Virus record (IMG/VR): IMGVR_UViG_3300043449_002710
Location: 1-64,000 of that record
Strand: one strand, 5' to 3'
Length of the DNA stretch: 64,000 nucleotides
The translations under genes and the position numbers were made by a program. Below are positions 36,172-46,629 of this stretch, piece by piece (position 1 is the stretch's first letter; the number at the start of each line of letters is the position of its first letter). Below the pieces are notes generated by a model. The model saw nothing but the letters and a program-made list of their open reading frames with translations, made no database searches and was not told the DNA's origin.

Positions 36172-37572
36172 ATGAAGCGCTCCAAGAAACTGTACGTTGC
36201 CAGAAGAAGCTCCTCCGTATTAAGTCGATTCATGCTCTCCCCGCGCAAACGCTTCGTGCGGTCTTCTTTGTACGAGGGCTTTCCTACCTTAGCTGAAGTG
36301 ATCTTGGCCCGTAATGTTGCCAATACAACAGAGATTGAAAAGTTTCTGAATGACTTCCACGTGGAAGACTTGCCCAACTTGAATGAGTGGCTCGATTCCA
36401 CCATGCGCAAATACCTGATCAATAAATATGACAGAACCCGAGGTTATACCCCTAAGGCTTCTGACCCAGATTGGATGCAAGGCAAGACGGATCTTGAAAC
36501 GGTCATCTTGGACAACGCGCTCACGGATAAGCTTCAGCATTTAGTAGATTTTTTAAAGAACAAAATGACCACTGAACCTAACTTCAACCTCAAGTCTTTC
36601 CAGGCCGAAGAGGCCATGAAGCAATCTCAAGAATGGCTCGATCGACTCAAAAAGAAAAAGAGCGAAGAAGAGCAAGAGGGTGTGGATTACAAAGTCCTGA
36701 TGGACTTAGGCAACGGCTGGAAGTGGGTGGATCTGATTTCTCAGAACGCCTTAACCCGCGAAGGTCAGAAAATGGGCCATTGCGTAGGCGGTTATTGGGA
36801 TCGGGTCAAAACCGGAAGAGAAAAGATCTTCTCACTCAGGGATTCTGATAACCAACCTCATGCCACTATCGAATACGTCCCAGGCCAAGCTTCCATCGAT
36901 CAGATCAAAGGCAAACAGAACAAAGGCGTGATCCAAGAGTACATGCCTTATGTTTTGGCGTTCTTGAAGTCCCCGCCTGTCAAAGTCAAAAAGATCAACG
37001 ATTACGAATTGAACTTAAACGGTCTTTTGAAAACCAATGATGGATACATTTCAGTCAGTTTGATTCCAGAAGGAACCATCTTAGATCAGAACTTGGATCT
37101 CAAGAAATTTGATGACATTAAGCTTCCCAAGAATCTCACCATCAAAGGCGATCTCATTGTTCCATCGGGTCAGGAATCCTTGCCTGAAAACTTAACTGTC
37201 ACGGGCACTTTGAACTTGGCAAAAACTCTGATTCGAGAACTCCCCACGGGCATGAAAGTGGGCTCTTTGAATCTCTTTGGCTTGAGCAGGCTGACTTCCT
37301 TGCCCGCAGACATTCAGATCACCAAGGATCTCAACGCAGAGTTCTCAGGTTTGGAGTCGATCCCGCCTCTGAAATTAAAAGGCGATCTCGTTTTAAGTGA
37401 CACAGATATTCAGTCTCTCCCAGAAGGTTTGAGCGTGGGTGGCGAACTCGATATCATGAACACCGCGATCAAGACTCTGCCTAAGAAGTTGAAAGTAGGA
37501 ACCGCCATCTTCGTGGATGACGTGGATGCTTTTGAAGGGGTTTCACCAGCTCTGAAAGCGCTTTTACACTAA
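36172..37572 (+). CDS. PcfJ-like domain plus leucine-rich-repeat-like protein
   Basis: EGQKMGHCVG...IFSLRD...PHATIE...QIKGKQN, followed by LPxxLxVxGxLxL repeats. Confidence 0.85.
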   Translation: MKRSKKLYVARRSSSVLSRFMLSPRKRFVRSSLYEGFPTLAEVILARNVANTTEIEKFLNDFHVEDLPNLNEWLDSTMRKYLINKYDRTRGYTPKASDPDWMQGKTDLETVILDNALTDKLQHLVDFLKNKMTTEPNFNLKSFQAEEAMKQSQEWLDRLKKKKSEEEQEGVDYKVLMDLGNGWKWVDLISQNALTREGQKMGHCVGGYWDRVKTGREKIFSLRDSDNQPHATIEYVPGQASIDQIKGKQNKGVIQEYMPYVLAFLKSPPVKVKKINDYELNLNGLLKTNDGYISVSLIPEGTILDQNLDLKKFDDIKLPKNLTIKGDLIVPSGQESLPENLTVTGTLNLAKTLIRELPTGMKVGSLNLFGLSRLTSLPADIQITKDLNAEFSGLESIPPLKLKGDLVLSDTDIQSLPEGLSVGGELDIMNTAIKTLPKKLKVGTAIFVDDVDAFEGVSPALKALLH

Positions 37573-37581
37573 GGGGGACTT

Positions 37582-38943
37582 GTGGAAGATATCAAACTTT
37601 CCGATGTCCAGAAAAACGAGATCGTTAAGCTCCTGAACGAGCGATACGCGAGAACAGCTCCGGAATACGCCCGCCCGAGACACGAGGATTTTAAATTTGG
37701 CAATAAAGCCAAAGAAAAATTCAAAGGCAAGATTCGAACTTTTCTTTCCAAAGCAAAGAGTTTGCCTGCCCCAAAAGAGGAAAGTGAAGATTCCCAACTG
37801 AGCTTGCTTCCGGCAGCTACACCGATCGAGATTTACTCTTCCTTGGAACATCTGCTTGGCCCAGAAAAGATGGGGAAATTTGTGGGCTCTTTTGTTCACT
37901 CTGAGATCAAAGATAGTCCTGAGCCTGAAGAAAATACTTTTTTCACAATCGAAGGCCCCAATGAAAAAGAAATTTACATGAGCGTTGCGGGTTGGGACTT
38001 GAGTACAGTCTCTGAGATTACAACAGATCACCCCGAGACCAAATACGGCAATTTTTTAGACTACATTTCCGATGAAGACCGAAACGATATCGTTTCTAAA
38101 CTCGATTTTGATGCTGAGTGGAAACAGTACAGTGATAAAAGCGGGTACGCGCTTCATGTCAAGGCCCCTCTTACTAAAGGCTATTTGACCTATTCTTTTA
38201 ATCTTCCAGAGTTTATTGACGCTGCCAAGAAACGATTGGCAAGAGAGCAGTCTACTCAAGATATCGACAGAGACGAACTGATTGAAAAGATCGCTGAAAT
38301 CATCGATCGCTACGCCGAGCAGGAATCGGAATACCAAAAATCAGACGAAGCTAGGCTAGAAGACGCGGATAATTACCCAGCCGAAGATGCTGCTAATAAT
38401 AGCCTGCCGGAGATGAAAAGAAATTTAGATGACGAGATTGTCGAGTATATCGATAAGCTCGAATCCTTTGGCGTGGATGAAGACGATATCAAAGAGGCTT
38501 TGATCGATTCTGGTGAAAATGAAGTGACTGGAATTTATCGAGTCGATAATGCGATTGGCTCTTATTCTTGTCGCAGTGAAGATCAAATCGATTGGAGCGA
38601 CCATAGGACTCCAGAGGACTGGTTAAAAGAAGCGGGCCTCCCCTATACTGAAAGCCTCAATGACAACATCGCTCTTCTTGATGACGACGAAGTCGAGAAA
38701 TTAAAAAAATCTTTGAGAGAATGCAGCGCTCGCATCGAGTGGGATAACTCTTTGGACGGGTACAGTCTCAGGTATGTCGATATCTGGTTGGGAGATAACG
38801 ACTCCGTTTCTCTGATTGTAGATCCGCAGAAATTCATCTCTAAAGCCAAGAGAATGATCAAAGATAAAAAGCTTGAGAAAAAGGCCGATACTTCTTACTC
38901 AACTCTTTCGAAAATTTTAGGTAATAACTATGGCTCTCACTAG
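37582..38943 (+). CDS. acidic hypothetical protein, paralogue of the next gene
   Basis: Shared blocks with 38930..40810 (SLLPAA.P.EIYSSLE.LLGPEKMG, KLDF.AEWKQY.DKSGYALH, VDPQ.FISKAKR). Confidence 0.85.
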   Translation: MEDIKLSDVQKNEIVKLLNERYARTAPEYARPRHEDFKFGNKAKEKFKGKIRTFLSKAKSLPAPKEESEDSQLSLLPAATPIEIYSSLEHLLGPEKMGKFVGSFVHSEIKDSPEPEENTFFTIEGPNEKEIYMSVAGWDLSTVSEITTDHPETKYGNFLDYISDEDRNDIVSKLDFDAEWKQYSDKSGYALHVKAPLTKGYLTYSFNLPEFIDAAKKRLAREQSTQDIDRDELIEKIAEIIDRYAEQESEYQKSDEARLEDADNYPAEDAANNSLPEMKRNLDDEIVEYIDKLESFGVDEDDIKEALIDSGENEVTGIYRVDNAIGSYSCRSEDQIDWSDHRTPEDWLKEAGLPYTESLNDNIALLDDDEVEKLKKSLRECSARIEWDNSLDGYSLRYVDIWLGDNDSVSLIVDPQKFISKAKRMIKDKKLEKKADTSYSTLSKILGNNYGSH

Positions 38944-40810
38944 AAAACAAAAACAAGAAGTGATTGATACTCTCAATAAGAAGTACAAAAAGGAAGCCAA
39001 AGACGAGAGACAAGTTTCTTTTATTGATTTTAATATCGACAAAGAAAACAGTAAATTCAAAGGTAAGATTAAGTCTTTTTTGTCCAAGCTTCCTTCGTTA
39101 CCACCTGCGCCCAGCGAAGAATCACAGCAGAGTCTGCTTCCGGCAGCAGCTCCCCTTGAGATCTACTCTTCTTTGGAGTCCCTTCTGGGCCCAGAAAAAA
39201 TGGGAGCTTTTGTTGGTGGTTTTGTTCAGAGACAGGTTGAGAACAAGATACCCAAAGATGACCAGAATGTTTTCTTCACTATTGAAAGCCCAAAAGAAAA
39301 AGAAATTACAGTACCGCTTTACGGTTGGGAATTGAGCTGGCTGGAAAATGCGCCTACTAATTACACTAAAGATTTTTTAAAAACCATTTCTGCCTCCGAC
39401 AGAAAAGATATTATCTCTAAGCTCGATTTTGCTGCGGAATGGAAACAATACGGTGACAAAAGTGGCTATGCACTACACACGAAAATTTCCACTGCAAAAG
39501 CCTACTTGGTTTACACTTTCCAATTGCCTGAGTTTTTAGAAGCCGCCAAAAAAAGGCTTGCTCGTGAAAATTTTGAATTGGGAATGGACAGAGAAGATCT
39601 CGTCGAAAAACTTGCTGAAGTCCTCGATGCTTATGCTGAAAAAGAGCATGAATATTATTCTTCTGACGACTATCTTTTAGAGTCCGCTGACGAATATCCA
39701 GCAGAAGATGCTAGGAACGAAGATTTTGAAATAGTCAAAAAAGAACTAGATGAAGAAATTATCGACTATATCGATCAGCTTGAATCCATAGGTATGGAGG
39801 AAGATGACATCGTCGAGATGCTCATCGATTCTGGGGAATATGAAGTCGCTAGCTATTACACCGTGGATAACGAGATCGGTTCCTACATCGCTTCGAGCGA
39901 TCACCAAATAGATGACTTGGATTGGTCGATGCAGGGTTTTGAGCCTTTTAAAAACTCAGGATTGCCTTACACGGATAAAATCAACGACAATGTTCATCTT
40001 CTAACTGAAGAAGAGGCTAAGGAACTCAAACACGCTGTCAGTGAATGTCACCTGTATGTGCAATGGTCGAATGAGGCGGATGGCTACGAAATTAGGTATA
40101 TGACCGTCTACACTTCAGACAATGACCGCGTGGTCTTAGTAGTCGATCCCCAGACTTTCATTTCGAAAGCCAAACGAAAAATCAAAGACAGAAAACTAGA
40201 AGTAAACCAGAAAAAAATCGGCAAGAAAAAGGCCGCAAGCTTAGAGGGTGAGAAGATGAAAAAGTATTCGGCTTTGTCGAAGGTTCTGGCTTCCAAGGTT
40301 CAAGCAGATGCCGACATCATGAAAAAGACGGAAAACCTTCCGCCTGTGGCCAAGCGCGAGATGATTGCCACCCTCTATGAAGCCATCGCACGAAATGTCC
40401 TCCCCATGGATGAAAATAGAATCCAGTGGATGGTTCACTACATTCACAACAACATGAGCGACAACGAGATCAACTCGGAATGGGAGTTCATCCGTAAGGG
40501 CCATGTTCAAAAGCTTGTGAAGCTCTTCAAACAGCTTGAAGCCCCGGGCATGATGGAAAAGCACGCCGACAAAATGTTAGACCTGCAAAGGCTTCATCAG
40601 GAGATCTCCGAAGGCATCATGCGGACCAAGGAAGCTGGCTCAGAAGTCGATCCCAAGACCTTTGATGCAATCGAAAAGATTGTCATAGACTTCGCTGATG
40701 ACTTCGCTGATGAAATCGCTGGTAAGAAAAAGCTTCCTGGAGGAAAGAAACAAACTCTTCTTAAAGGCTATTCGGCTCTTTCTAAGGTATTAGATAAGAA
40801 GGGCAACTAA
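38930..40810 (+). CDS. acidic hypothetical protein (paralogue of the previous gene) fused to an extra C-terminal domain
   Basis: Paralogy as above; possible internal start at 40256 (GAGGGTG..ATG, MKKYSALSKVLAS). Confidence 0.85.
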   Translation: MALTRKQKQEVIDTLNKKYKKEAKDERQVSFIDFNIDKENSKFKGKIKSFLSKLPSLPPAPSEESQQSLLPAAAPLEIYSSLESLLGPEKMGAFVGGFVQRQVENKIPKDDQNVFFTIESPKEKEITVPLYGWELSWLENAPTNYTKDFLKTISASDRKDIISKLDFAAEWKQYGDKSGYALHTKISTAKAYLVYTFQLPEFLEAAKKRLARENFELGMDREDLVEKLAEVLDAYAEKEHEYYSSDDYLLESADEYPAEDARNEDFEIVKKELDEEIIDYIDQLESIGMEEDDIVEMLIDSGEYEVASYYTVDNEIGSYIASSDHQIDDLDWSMQGFEPFKNSGLPYTDKINDNVHLLTEEEAKELKHAVSECHLYVQWSNEADGYEIRYMTVYTSDNDRVVLVVDPQTFISKAKRKIKDRKLEVNQKKIGKKKAASLEGEKMKKYSALSKVLASKVQADADIMKKTENLPPVAKREMIATLYEAIARNVLPMDENRIQWMVHYIHNNMSDNEINSEWEFIRKGHVQKLVKLFKQLEAPGMMEKHADKMLDLQRLHQEISEGIMRTKEAGSEVDPKTFDAIEKIVIDFADDFADEIAGKKKLPGGKKQTLLKGYSALSKVLDKKGN

Positions 40811-40811
40811 T

Positions 40812-40985
40812 ATGAAACAAAAATACCCTGCTTTAGCAAAAGTTTTAGCCCAGGCTTCTATTGAGATAGACGGCAAGCCCTACTCTCTTGAGCAGTTAAA
40901 TGCGATGGATGAGATTGAAGTAAGGGGAGTTTTCGTTTGCCTTCTTGGAAACCCCCAGGTTAAATCGGCTCCCCATGCCACCTAA
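40812..40985 (+). CDS. 57-aa ORF beginning with the shared tag (MKQKYPALAKVLAQAS); possibly truncated
   Basis: Below the ORF-track cutoff; translated manually. AAGGG RBS. Confidence 0.65.
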   Translation: MKQKYPALAKVLAQASIEIDGKPYSLEQLNAMDEIEVRGVFVCLLGNPQVKSAPHAT

Positions 40986-43900
40986 TAAACTGTATCTAAA
41001 ACCGCTTGGAGGTTTGCCCTTTAGCTGCCAAGCCAAGAGCTGCCCCAAGAAGCAAGACTCTTATGATCTCAGACTCTTTCGAGATGCGAACCTGAACTTT
41101 GATACTTTCAAGCCTCAGGGCTGCATGGAATATAAAACTCATGTCGTCGGGGCATGGACCCAGGTTTTATCCCAAGACGAATGGGAGCAGGCCCCTCTGA
41201 TTGGCTGCATCTTGCCTTGCCCAGATGCTACCGGAGCACAAGGCTCAGCGGGGGGTTTCGGCGCTGGCAAAGACATTCTGATCGATGCTTTAGTGCGCGA
41301 GTTCAATCAGCCTGTTCGGATCGCTTTTTTCTTTCTCACGCGAGGCTATAGCTTCAGCAAAGCCACCCGAGGGGATATTGTTCAACAGCCTGTGAACAAG
41401 GCCGCTATCTCCAACTGCTACCCTTATCTTTTGAATGACTTGGAAAAGCTCAAGCCTACGAAGCTTTTGCTCTGTGGGCAGGAAGCATGTGAAACCTTTT
41501 TCAAAGGTTCCGTCGATGTGCCCACCTTGAGAAGAAAAAAGGGACTCTCGGTTCGGATTGGAAACAAGAGTTATCCCATTCAAGTCACCTACTCTCCGCA
41601 TTACGCCATCATGATGCCTGTTTACATCCAGTCGATCCGAGAGGATGCGGGCAAGCTTGCAGGCAAGGGCTATACTTTTCAAGGCGGCAGCGCACGAATC
41701 CTAAAGACCTTAGATGAAACCTTAGATTACTTGGATTTCTTATCCGAGCACGAAGGGTTCATCGCGTTTGACACCGAGACTGAAAACCTCAACCGCAAGG
41801 CCCCAAACAAATTGGGAACCTTGCAGTTTGCCACCGACGATCAGCTTGGGGTGGTTTTGCCCTATCAGCACAAAGAAACACCGTTTGGTCCAGATGAGCT
41901 GGTGCTGATCAAAAAAAGGCTCAGCCTTCTTTTTTCAAAAAAGATCAAAGCCGCAGGCTGGGTGATCCACAACGCCAAATTCGAACACACCGTGTGTAAG
42001 AACCACTTCGGAACGTTCGTGGATTCAGCTCCGGTCTTTGACACGCAAGCCATGGCGTTTCTTTTGGACGAGACTAGATCTGAAAGGAAGATGGACATCC
42101 CCAAGGGCACTCGCGGGATCTATTCTTTAAAAGCCCTCTCACGCGATTACTTAGGCTTCTCTGGCTACGACCAAGGAGTTCTCCAAGCGCGAGAAGAAGG
42201 CACCTTGATGGATCTCACCTTGGATAACTTGGCTGACTATGGGTGCTTTACAAAAGGAAATAAGGTCTTATTAGCTGGAGGTAGAGTCAAAGACATTTCC
42301 GAAGTTAAAGTTGGGGATTTAGTAGTCACACATAAAAATAGATTAAGAAAAGTGGTAAAAACTTGGGTGAAACCATACCAAGGAAAACTTTATAATCTCT
42401 ATTTTAAAAATGGGTTTAGTATTGAGGGGGTTACTCCAAACCACCCCATTTTAGTGCAAACAGAATCTGGGCAGAAATGGTCTCGTGTGGATGAATTAAA
42501 CTTAGGATGCTTGTGTTTTAAACAAGGGGACAACACACAAATTCCCCAAAAAGAGGCTTGGTTAGAAATTCTAAATACAGCTAAGAATATTTTAATTGAA
42601 GAAAATAAACAAAAAAGTGCCCGCGCCAGATCCCAATCCTGTAGCGCAGATCAAATAGATGCCCTAGCTTCACACTTTGAACATCCCGATTTTTGGTGGT
42701 TTTTGGGGCTATGTTTGGCAGAGGGTTCCGTAAGGCACAAGCTGCGGGGCGGCCTTAGGGTCGCCGCAGCTTTGAGCCTAGCTTTACATCAAAAAGAATT
42801 AGAAGAGGCTAAGAAAATAATAGGCGAAATTTTCCCAGGCATACATCTCTCTATAGTGGGAAGAAAAAATAACCTGGGAGTTGAAATCGTTATTTGCAAT
42901 AGGGCTTTAGCTATAGTTTTTGACGTTTTATTACAGACAATGAATAAAGTAGAAAAAAAAGCATCTACTATAGTACATCTTCATCCCAGTCTTTTTTATT
43001 CGTTATCCAAAGGCCAAGCTTGCGAGGTGTTGAGTGGATACTTTGACGGAGATGGTCACTTCAAAATAACGACCCAAGATGCTATCCAAGCTATTTCTAA
43101 CACTACAAGTATAAACCTATCAACTCAGTTACAATTATTACTTCAAAAGGTGGATTCGCACTACACTAAGAAAACTATTTTTCATGGAACCAAATACGGG
43201 AAATGCAAAGCCCAAAAAAATACCAGCTATTGGCTTACAATATTTGGGGGATCTTGTTTCTGGTGGAATTCTCGTTTTGATAAAATCAAAAAAAAGCCAA
43301 GCGCTTTACTCGCAAAAAAACATAGTCCTTATTTAGAACTCGACTACATTGAAACTTGCGAGGCTGATACCGAAGTTTATAATTGCGAAGTTGAAGAAGA
43401 TAACTCTTACGTCTGTAACGGGATTCGCGTACACAATTCCATGGATGCCTATGTGACTTTTGCCCTGTACGAAAGAATTCAAGAATTGGCCTCCGAGCAA
43501 GGCTACCTCAAGCAGCTTATGAAGCTCACGGAGCATTACTATAGTCCTGCTATTCGCTTGATTGCTCTTGTCGAGATGACGGGCTTTAAAACCGATCTCA
43601 AACAGCTCAGGCTATTGGCTAGCCGCAGAGGGCCCCTTGAAACCAAGATCATGGCTTTGGAAGAAAAGATGAAAGCCATGCCCGCTTTCCAAGAAGCCAA
43701 CTTAAAAGCAGTCAAAAGAAGGAACGCCAACCATACGATGGGCGCTCGCGGCAACGTCCCTTGGGTCTTTGACTTCGCCAAAGACGAGGACAAAAAGACC
43801 GTGTTCTTTAACGTGTTAGGCTTAGAGCCTGTGAGCTTTTCAGAAAAAACCGGGCAGCCTGCCATCGATGACGAGTTCTTCGAAGAGTACAGCGAGGAGA

Positions 43901-45039
43901 ACCCCGAGGTCGCGGCTTACGCGGAGTACACTGAAGCCAAAAAGATGCGCGACACATTTATCAGCAAAATGCTTGAGCGCGTCGATCCTGAGACGGGCGA
44001 CCCCGACTGCAAGCTGGATCAAAGAATTAGGTCCAATATCTGGTACGCAAGGCTTGTGACCGGGCGCTGGGCGATGACTGAGCCCAATATGCACGCCATC
44101 CCAAAAGCCGAGGAAGGCGGTTCTGAAACAGACTTCTTGGTCAGAAAATCCGTCAAAGACATCTTCACCGTCGATCCTGGCTATGCGCTGATGCAAGTGG
44201 ATTACAAGGTCAACGAAGTGAGGTGGGCTGGGATTTTATCTCAAGACAAGGCGTTGGCTAAGATCTTCAACGATGCCGATTTGCTGATGAAAGAAGCAAG
44301 ACTGTCTGAAGATCCCGCAAGATTGAAGGACGCTGCCTTCAAAGAAGACATCCATAGAAACACAGCGAGTGAAACTTTCGGAGTGCCTTTGAGTCAGGTC
44401 TCAAAAGCGCAGAGACAAGCGAGCAAAAGTATTACTTTCGGAATTATGTTCCAAAGCTCGGCTAACTCGATTGCGACTTCCCTTGGGATCGAGCTGCAGC
44501 AAGCCGAGGAGTACATCAAAAAGTTCTTCAATAAGATGTCGGGAGTGGACTCTTGGATCAAACGGATCAAGTTTTTTGCCGCTCAAAATGGGTATGTGGA
44601 AACTCCAACCGGAAGACGGCGCAGGTTTTGGTCTTACGAGCTGCCTGAATCCTATAGAAATAAAAGATCCCACACCGCTCGGAACGATCGGCAATCGGTG
44701 AATGCCCCAATTCAAGGCATCGCCAACGATGGCAGTATGCTGGGCGGGGCCTGCTCGCTGCATGACTACATTGAAGCGCACCAGAAGGACTGGAAGATTC
44801 AGAATCTGGTTCATGACTCTTGCTTGATTCAAATGCCGATTGAAGACGTAGCCGATGCGATTTTAGCCATGGAATCCATCTTTGTGGATCAGGCAATGAG
44901 AAGGCTTGAGAAGCTTGGGGTTCAATTCAACCTGCCTTTGGCTATTGATGTCGAAGTGGGCTTTAACTGGGGCAGCTTGAATAAGTGGTCAGGCACCCGA
45001 TCTCACGCCTTTGAGTTACAACAGTCTCTCCGCAAATAG
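40975..45039 (+). CDS. polA: family A DNA polymerase with a UDG-like N-domain, 3'-5' exonuclease and intein
   Basis: ExoI FDTET, ExoII HNAKFE, ExoIII Y...D split by the intein; TGRW...PN; motif A DYKVNE; motif B RQASKSITFG; motif C VHDS. Likely start is ATG 40975. Confidence 0.93.
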   Translation: MPPNKLYLKPLGGLPFSCQAKSCPKKQDSYDLRLFRDANLNFDTFKPQGCMEYKTHVVGAWTQVLSQDEWEQAPLIGCILPCPDATGAQGSAGGFGAGKDILIDALVREFNQPVRIAFFFLTRGYSFSKATRGDIVQQPVNKAAISNCYPYLLNDLEKLKPTKLLLCGQEACETFFKGSVDVPTLRRKKGLSVRIGNKSYPIQVTYSPHYAIMMPVYIQSIREDAGKLAGKGYTFQGGSARILKTLDETLDYLDFLSEHEGFIAFDTETENLNRKAPNKLGTLQFATDDQLGVVLPYQHKETPFGPDELVLIKKRLSLLFSKKIKAAGWVIHNAKFEHTVCKNHFGTFVDSAPVFDTQAMAFLLDETRSERKMDIPKGTRGIYSLKALSRDYLGFSGYDQGVLQAREEGTLMDLTLDNLADYGCFTKGNKVLLAGGRVKDISEVKVGDLVVTHKNRLRKVVKTWVKPYQGKLYNLYFKNGFSIEGVTPNHPILVQTESGQKWSRVDELNLGCLCFKQGDNTQIPQKEAWLEILNTAKNILIEENKQKSARARSQSCSADQIDALASHFEHPDFWWFLGLCLAEGSVRHKLRGGLRVAAALSLALHQKELEEAKKIIGEIFPGIHLSIVGRKNNLGVEIVICNRALAIVFDVLLQTMNKVEKKASTIVHLHPSLFYSLSKGQACEVLSGYFDGDGHFKITTQDAIQAISNTTSINLSTQLQLLLQKVDSHYTKKTIFHGTKYGKCKAQKNTSYWLTIFGGSCFWWNSRFDKIKKKPSALLAKKHSPYLELDYIETCEADTEVYNCEVEEDNSYVCNGIRVHNSMDAYVTFALYERIQELASEQGYLKQLMKLTEHYYSPAIRLIALVEMTGFKTDLKQLRLLASRRGPLETKIMALEEKMKAMPAFQEANLKAVKRRNANHTMGARGNVPWVFDFAKDEDKKTVFFNVLGLEPVSFSEKTGQPAIDDEFFEEYSEENPEVAAYAEYTEAKKMRDTFISKMLERVDPETGDPDCKLDQRIRSNIWYARLVTGRWAMTEPNMHAIPKAEEGGSETDFLVRKSVKDIFTVDPGYALMQVDYKVNEVRWAGILSQDKALAKIFNDADLLMKEARLSEDPARLKDAAFKEDIHRNTASETFGVPLSQVSKAQRQASKSITFGIMFQSSANSIATSLGIELQQAEEYIKKFFNKMSGVDSWIKRIKFFAAQNGYVETPTGRRRRFWSYELPESYRNKRSHTARNDRQSVNAPIQGIANDGSMLGGACSLHDYIEAHQKDWKIQNLVHDSCLIQMPIEDVADAILAMESIFVDQAMRRLEKLGVQFNLPLAIDVEVGFNWGSLNKWSGTRSHAFELQQSLRK
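42244..43437 (+). mobile_element. intein (398 aa) with a LAGLIDADG homing endonuclease
   Basis: Starts CFTKG, has block B VTPNHP, LAGLIDADG-like LGLCLAEG and LSGYFDGDG, and ends VHN|S. More AT-rich than the flanks. Confidence 0.93.
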
Positions 45040-45124
45040 TTGACCTGACTAAACTGTTAAACGTGGAACATTCGCCTCAGGTGAAAACACGCATTCTGCC
45101 GCTCGAATCAGTAAAAGCGGAGTA

Positions 45125-45676
45125 ATGCGCAAAACTAGGTTGATGGAAATTGCTGAGCGTTATGGGGATCACGGGGCTGGGGCTTTAAATCCAAGAACCA
45201 TCGACGCGGTGGTGTATCAGATCACCGAACTTGGAGAGCAGGCTTTTGGGCCCAAGTTCACCGAAGCCTTGGAAGAAGACATTTCACTAACTGAAGCAAG
45301 CTACCCTAAGAGCAAAGCTTTGGAGTTTCTCGCTTCAGCTTTTGTTCAAAAGTATGTCTCTCAGGCTTTGAATCGAAATCAGATCGAATTGGGCCAGAGG
45401 GTAGGGAATCTTCCGCCTCTGACTCGCGATACCTACGTCGATTACTTCATGGCGCTCACGACTTTGGAGCGGGCTACCTTCAGGACCCCCCTTCAGAACA
45501 CCGCAGTCAATGTCCAGGCTGTCTTGGCGGGCTACTCCACCGAGACGAGCTACCCTGTTTGTGAAGGAATTGTGAAGTTCTTCAAAGACACCAAAAACCA
45601 AGTGGGCCTTTACCTTCTGATCAAGGCGCTTTGCGAAAAGATCAAACGCGAGTCCAAACCTCATGACCACGAGTAA
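45125..45676 (+). CDS. hypothetical protein
   Basis: Clean ORF with a GGAG RBS. Confidence 0.7.
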   Translation: MRKTRLMEIAERYGDHGAGALNPRTIDAVVYQITELGEQAFGPKFTEALEEDISLTEASYPKSKALEFLASAFVQKYVSQALNRNQIELGQRVGNLPPLTRDTYVDYFMALTTLERATFRTPLQNTAVNVQAVLAGYSTETSYPVCEGIVKFFKDTKNQVGLYLLIKALCEKIKRESKPHDHE

Positions 45677-46622
45677 GCTCAAAAACTTTGTCAAAAAGTT
45701 CAAAAACAAGAAGGTCTTGGTGCTCGGAGATATCGGGGTAGATCGGTATCTCCTGGGCAAGGTGGAGAGAATCTCACCTGAAGCCCCAGTGCCTGTATTT
45801 GAGCCCACGGGCTTCGAAGACAGGCTTGGGCTAGCCTCCAACGTGGCCAACAACATCAGAGCCTTTGGCGGGCATCCTGTGCTGTTATCGATCATCGGGG
45901 CCGATGCTATGGGGGAAAGAGTCAAAGTCCTTTTGGATCAAGCTCGGATTGAACATCACCTTCTGATGGATGCGGATCGGAAGACGACTTTGAAGACGCG
46001 CTTTGTCGTAGATAAGCATTTCTTACTTCGGATGGACGAAGAAAGCACGGAAGCCGTCCCAGGCCGGTTGGTCGGAGAAGTGATTGAGTTTTTAGATCAA
46101 AGGCTCTCTGACTTTGATGCGGTGATCTTTGAGGACTACGGTAAAGGTTTCTTAAGTTACGCCGTGGTGGAGATGACCTTAAGAAAAGCTAAGGACAAGC
46201 TCACGATCTTAGATCCAACATCTAAGACGAACATGCACCCGTATGCCGGGCTCAAGTACATGACGCCTAATTGCAAAGAGGCGGTGGCACTCACCGGGTT
46301 TTTAAGTTCCGACCCGATCTTGCTTGCGATGGAGCTTTTGAGAAAGTTCTCGTTGGAGGGATCGGTTCTGACCTTAGGCGGCAATGGGATCATGGTCTGT
46401 GAAAAGAATAGTAAGATATCCCACCACATTGAGGCGCAAGAAAAGCAGGTCTTTGACGTATGCGGAGCTGGCGACACGGTGGTTGCGGCGATGACTTTGG
46501 CTTTGTGCGCTGGAGCTAGTTTGATCGAAGCGTGCGAGATCGCCAACGTAGCAGCAGGAATTCAGGTCAGTAAATTTGGGACCGCCACGGTATCTACCGA
46601 CGAGCTATTACGCGAGCTGTAA
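45663..46622 (+). CDS. rfaE1: D-glycero-D-manno-heptose-7-phosphate kinase (RfaE/HldE domain I, PfkB family)
   Basis: VLVLGD..VD.Y..G.VERISPEAPVPV, EDYGKG and VFDVCGAGDTV. Confidence 0.92.
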   Translation: MTTSKLKNFVKKFKNKKVLVLGDIGVDRYLLGKVERISPEAPVPVFEPTGFEDRLGLASNVANNIRAFGGHPVLLSIIGADAMGERVKVLLDQARIEHHLLMDADRKTTLKTRFVVDKHFLLRMDEESTEAVPGRLVGEVIEFLDQRLSDFDAVIFEDYGKGFLSYAVVEMTLRKAKDKLTILDPTSKTNMHPYAGLKYMTPNCKEAVALTGFLSSDPILLAMELLRKFSLEGSVLTLGGNGIMVCEKNSKISHHIEAQEKQVFDVCGAGDTVVAAMTLALCAGASLIEACEIANVAAGIQVSKFGTATVSTDELLREL

Positions 46623-46629
46623 TATTACA

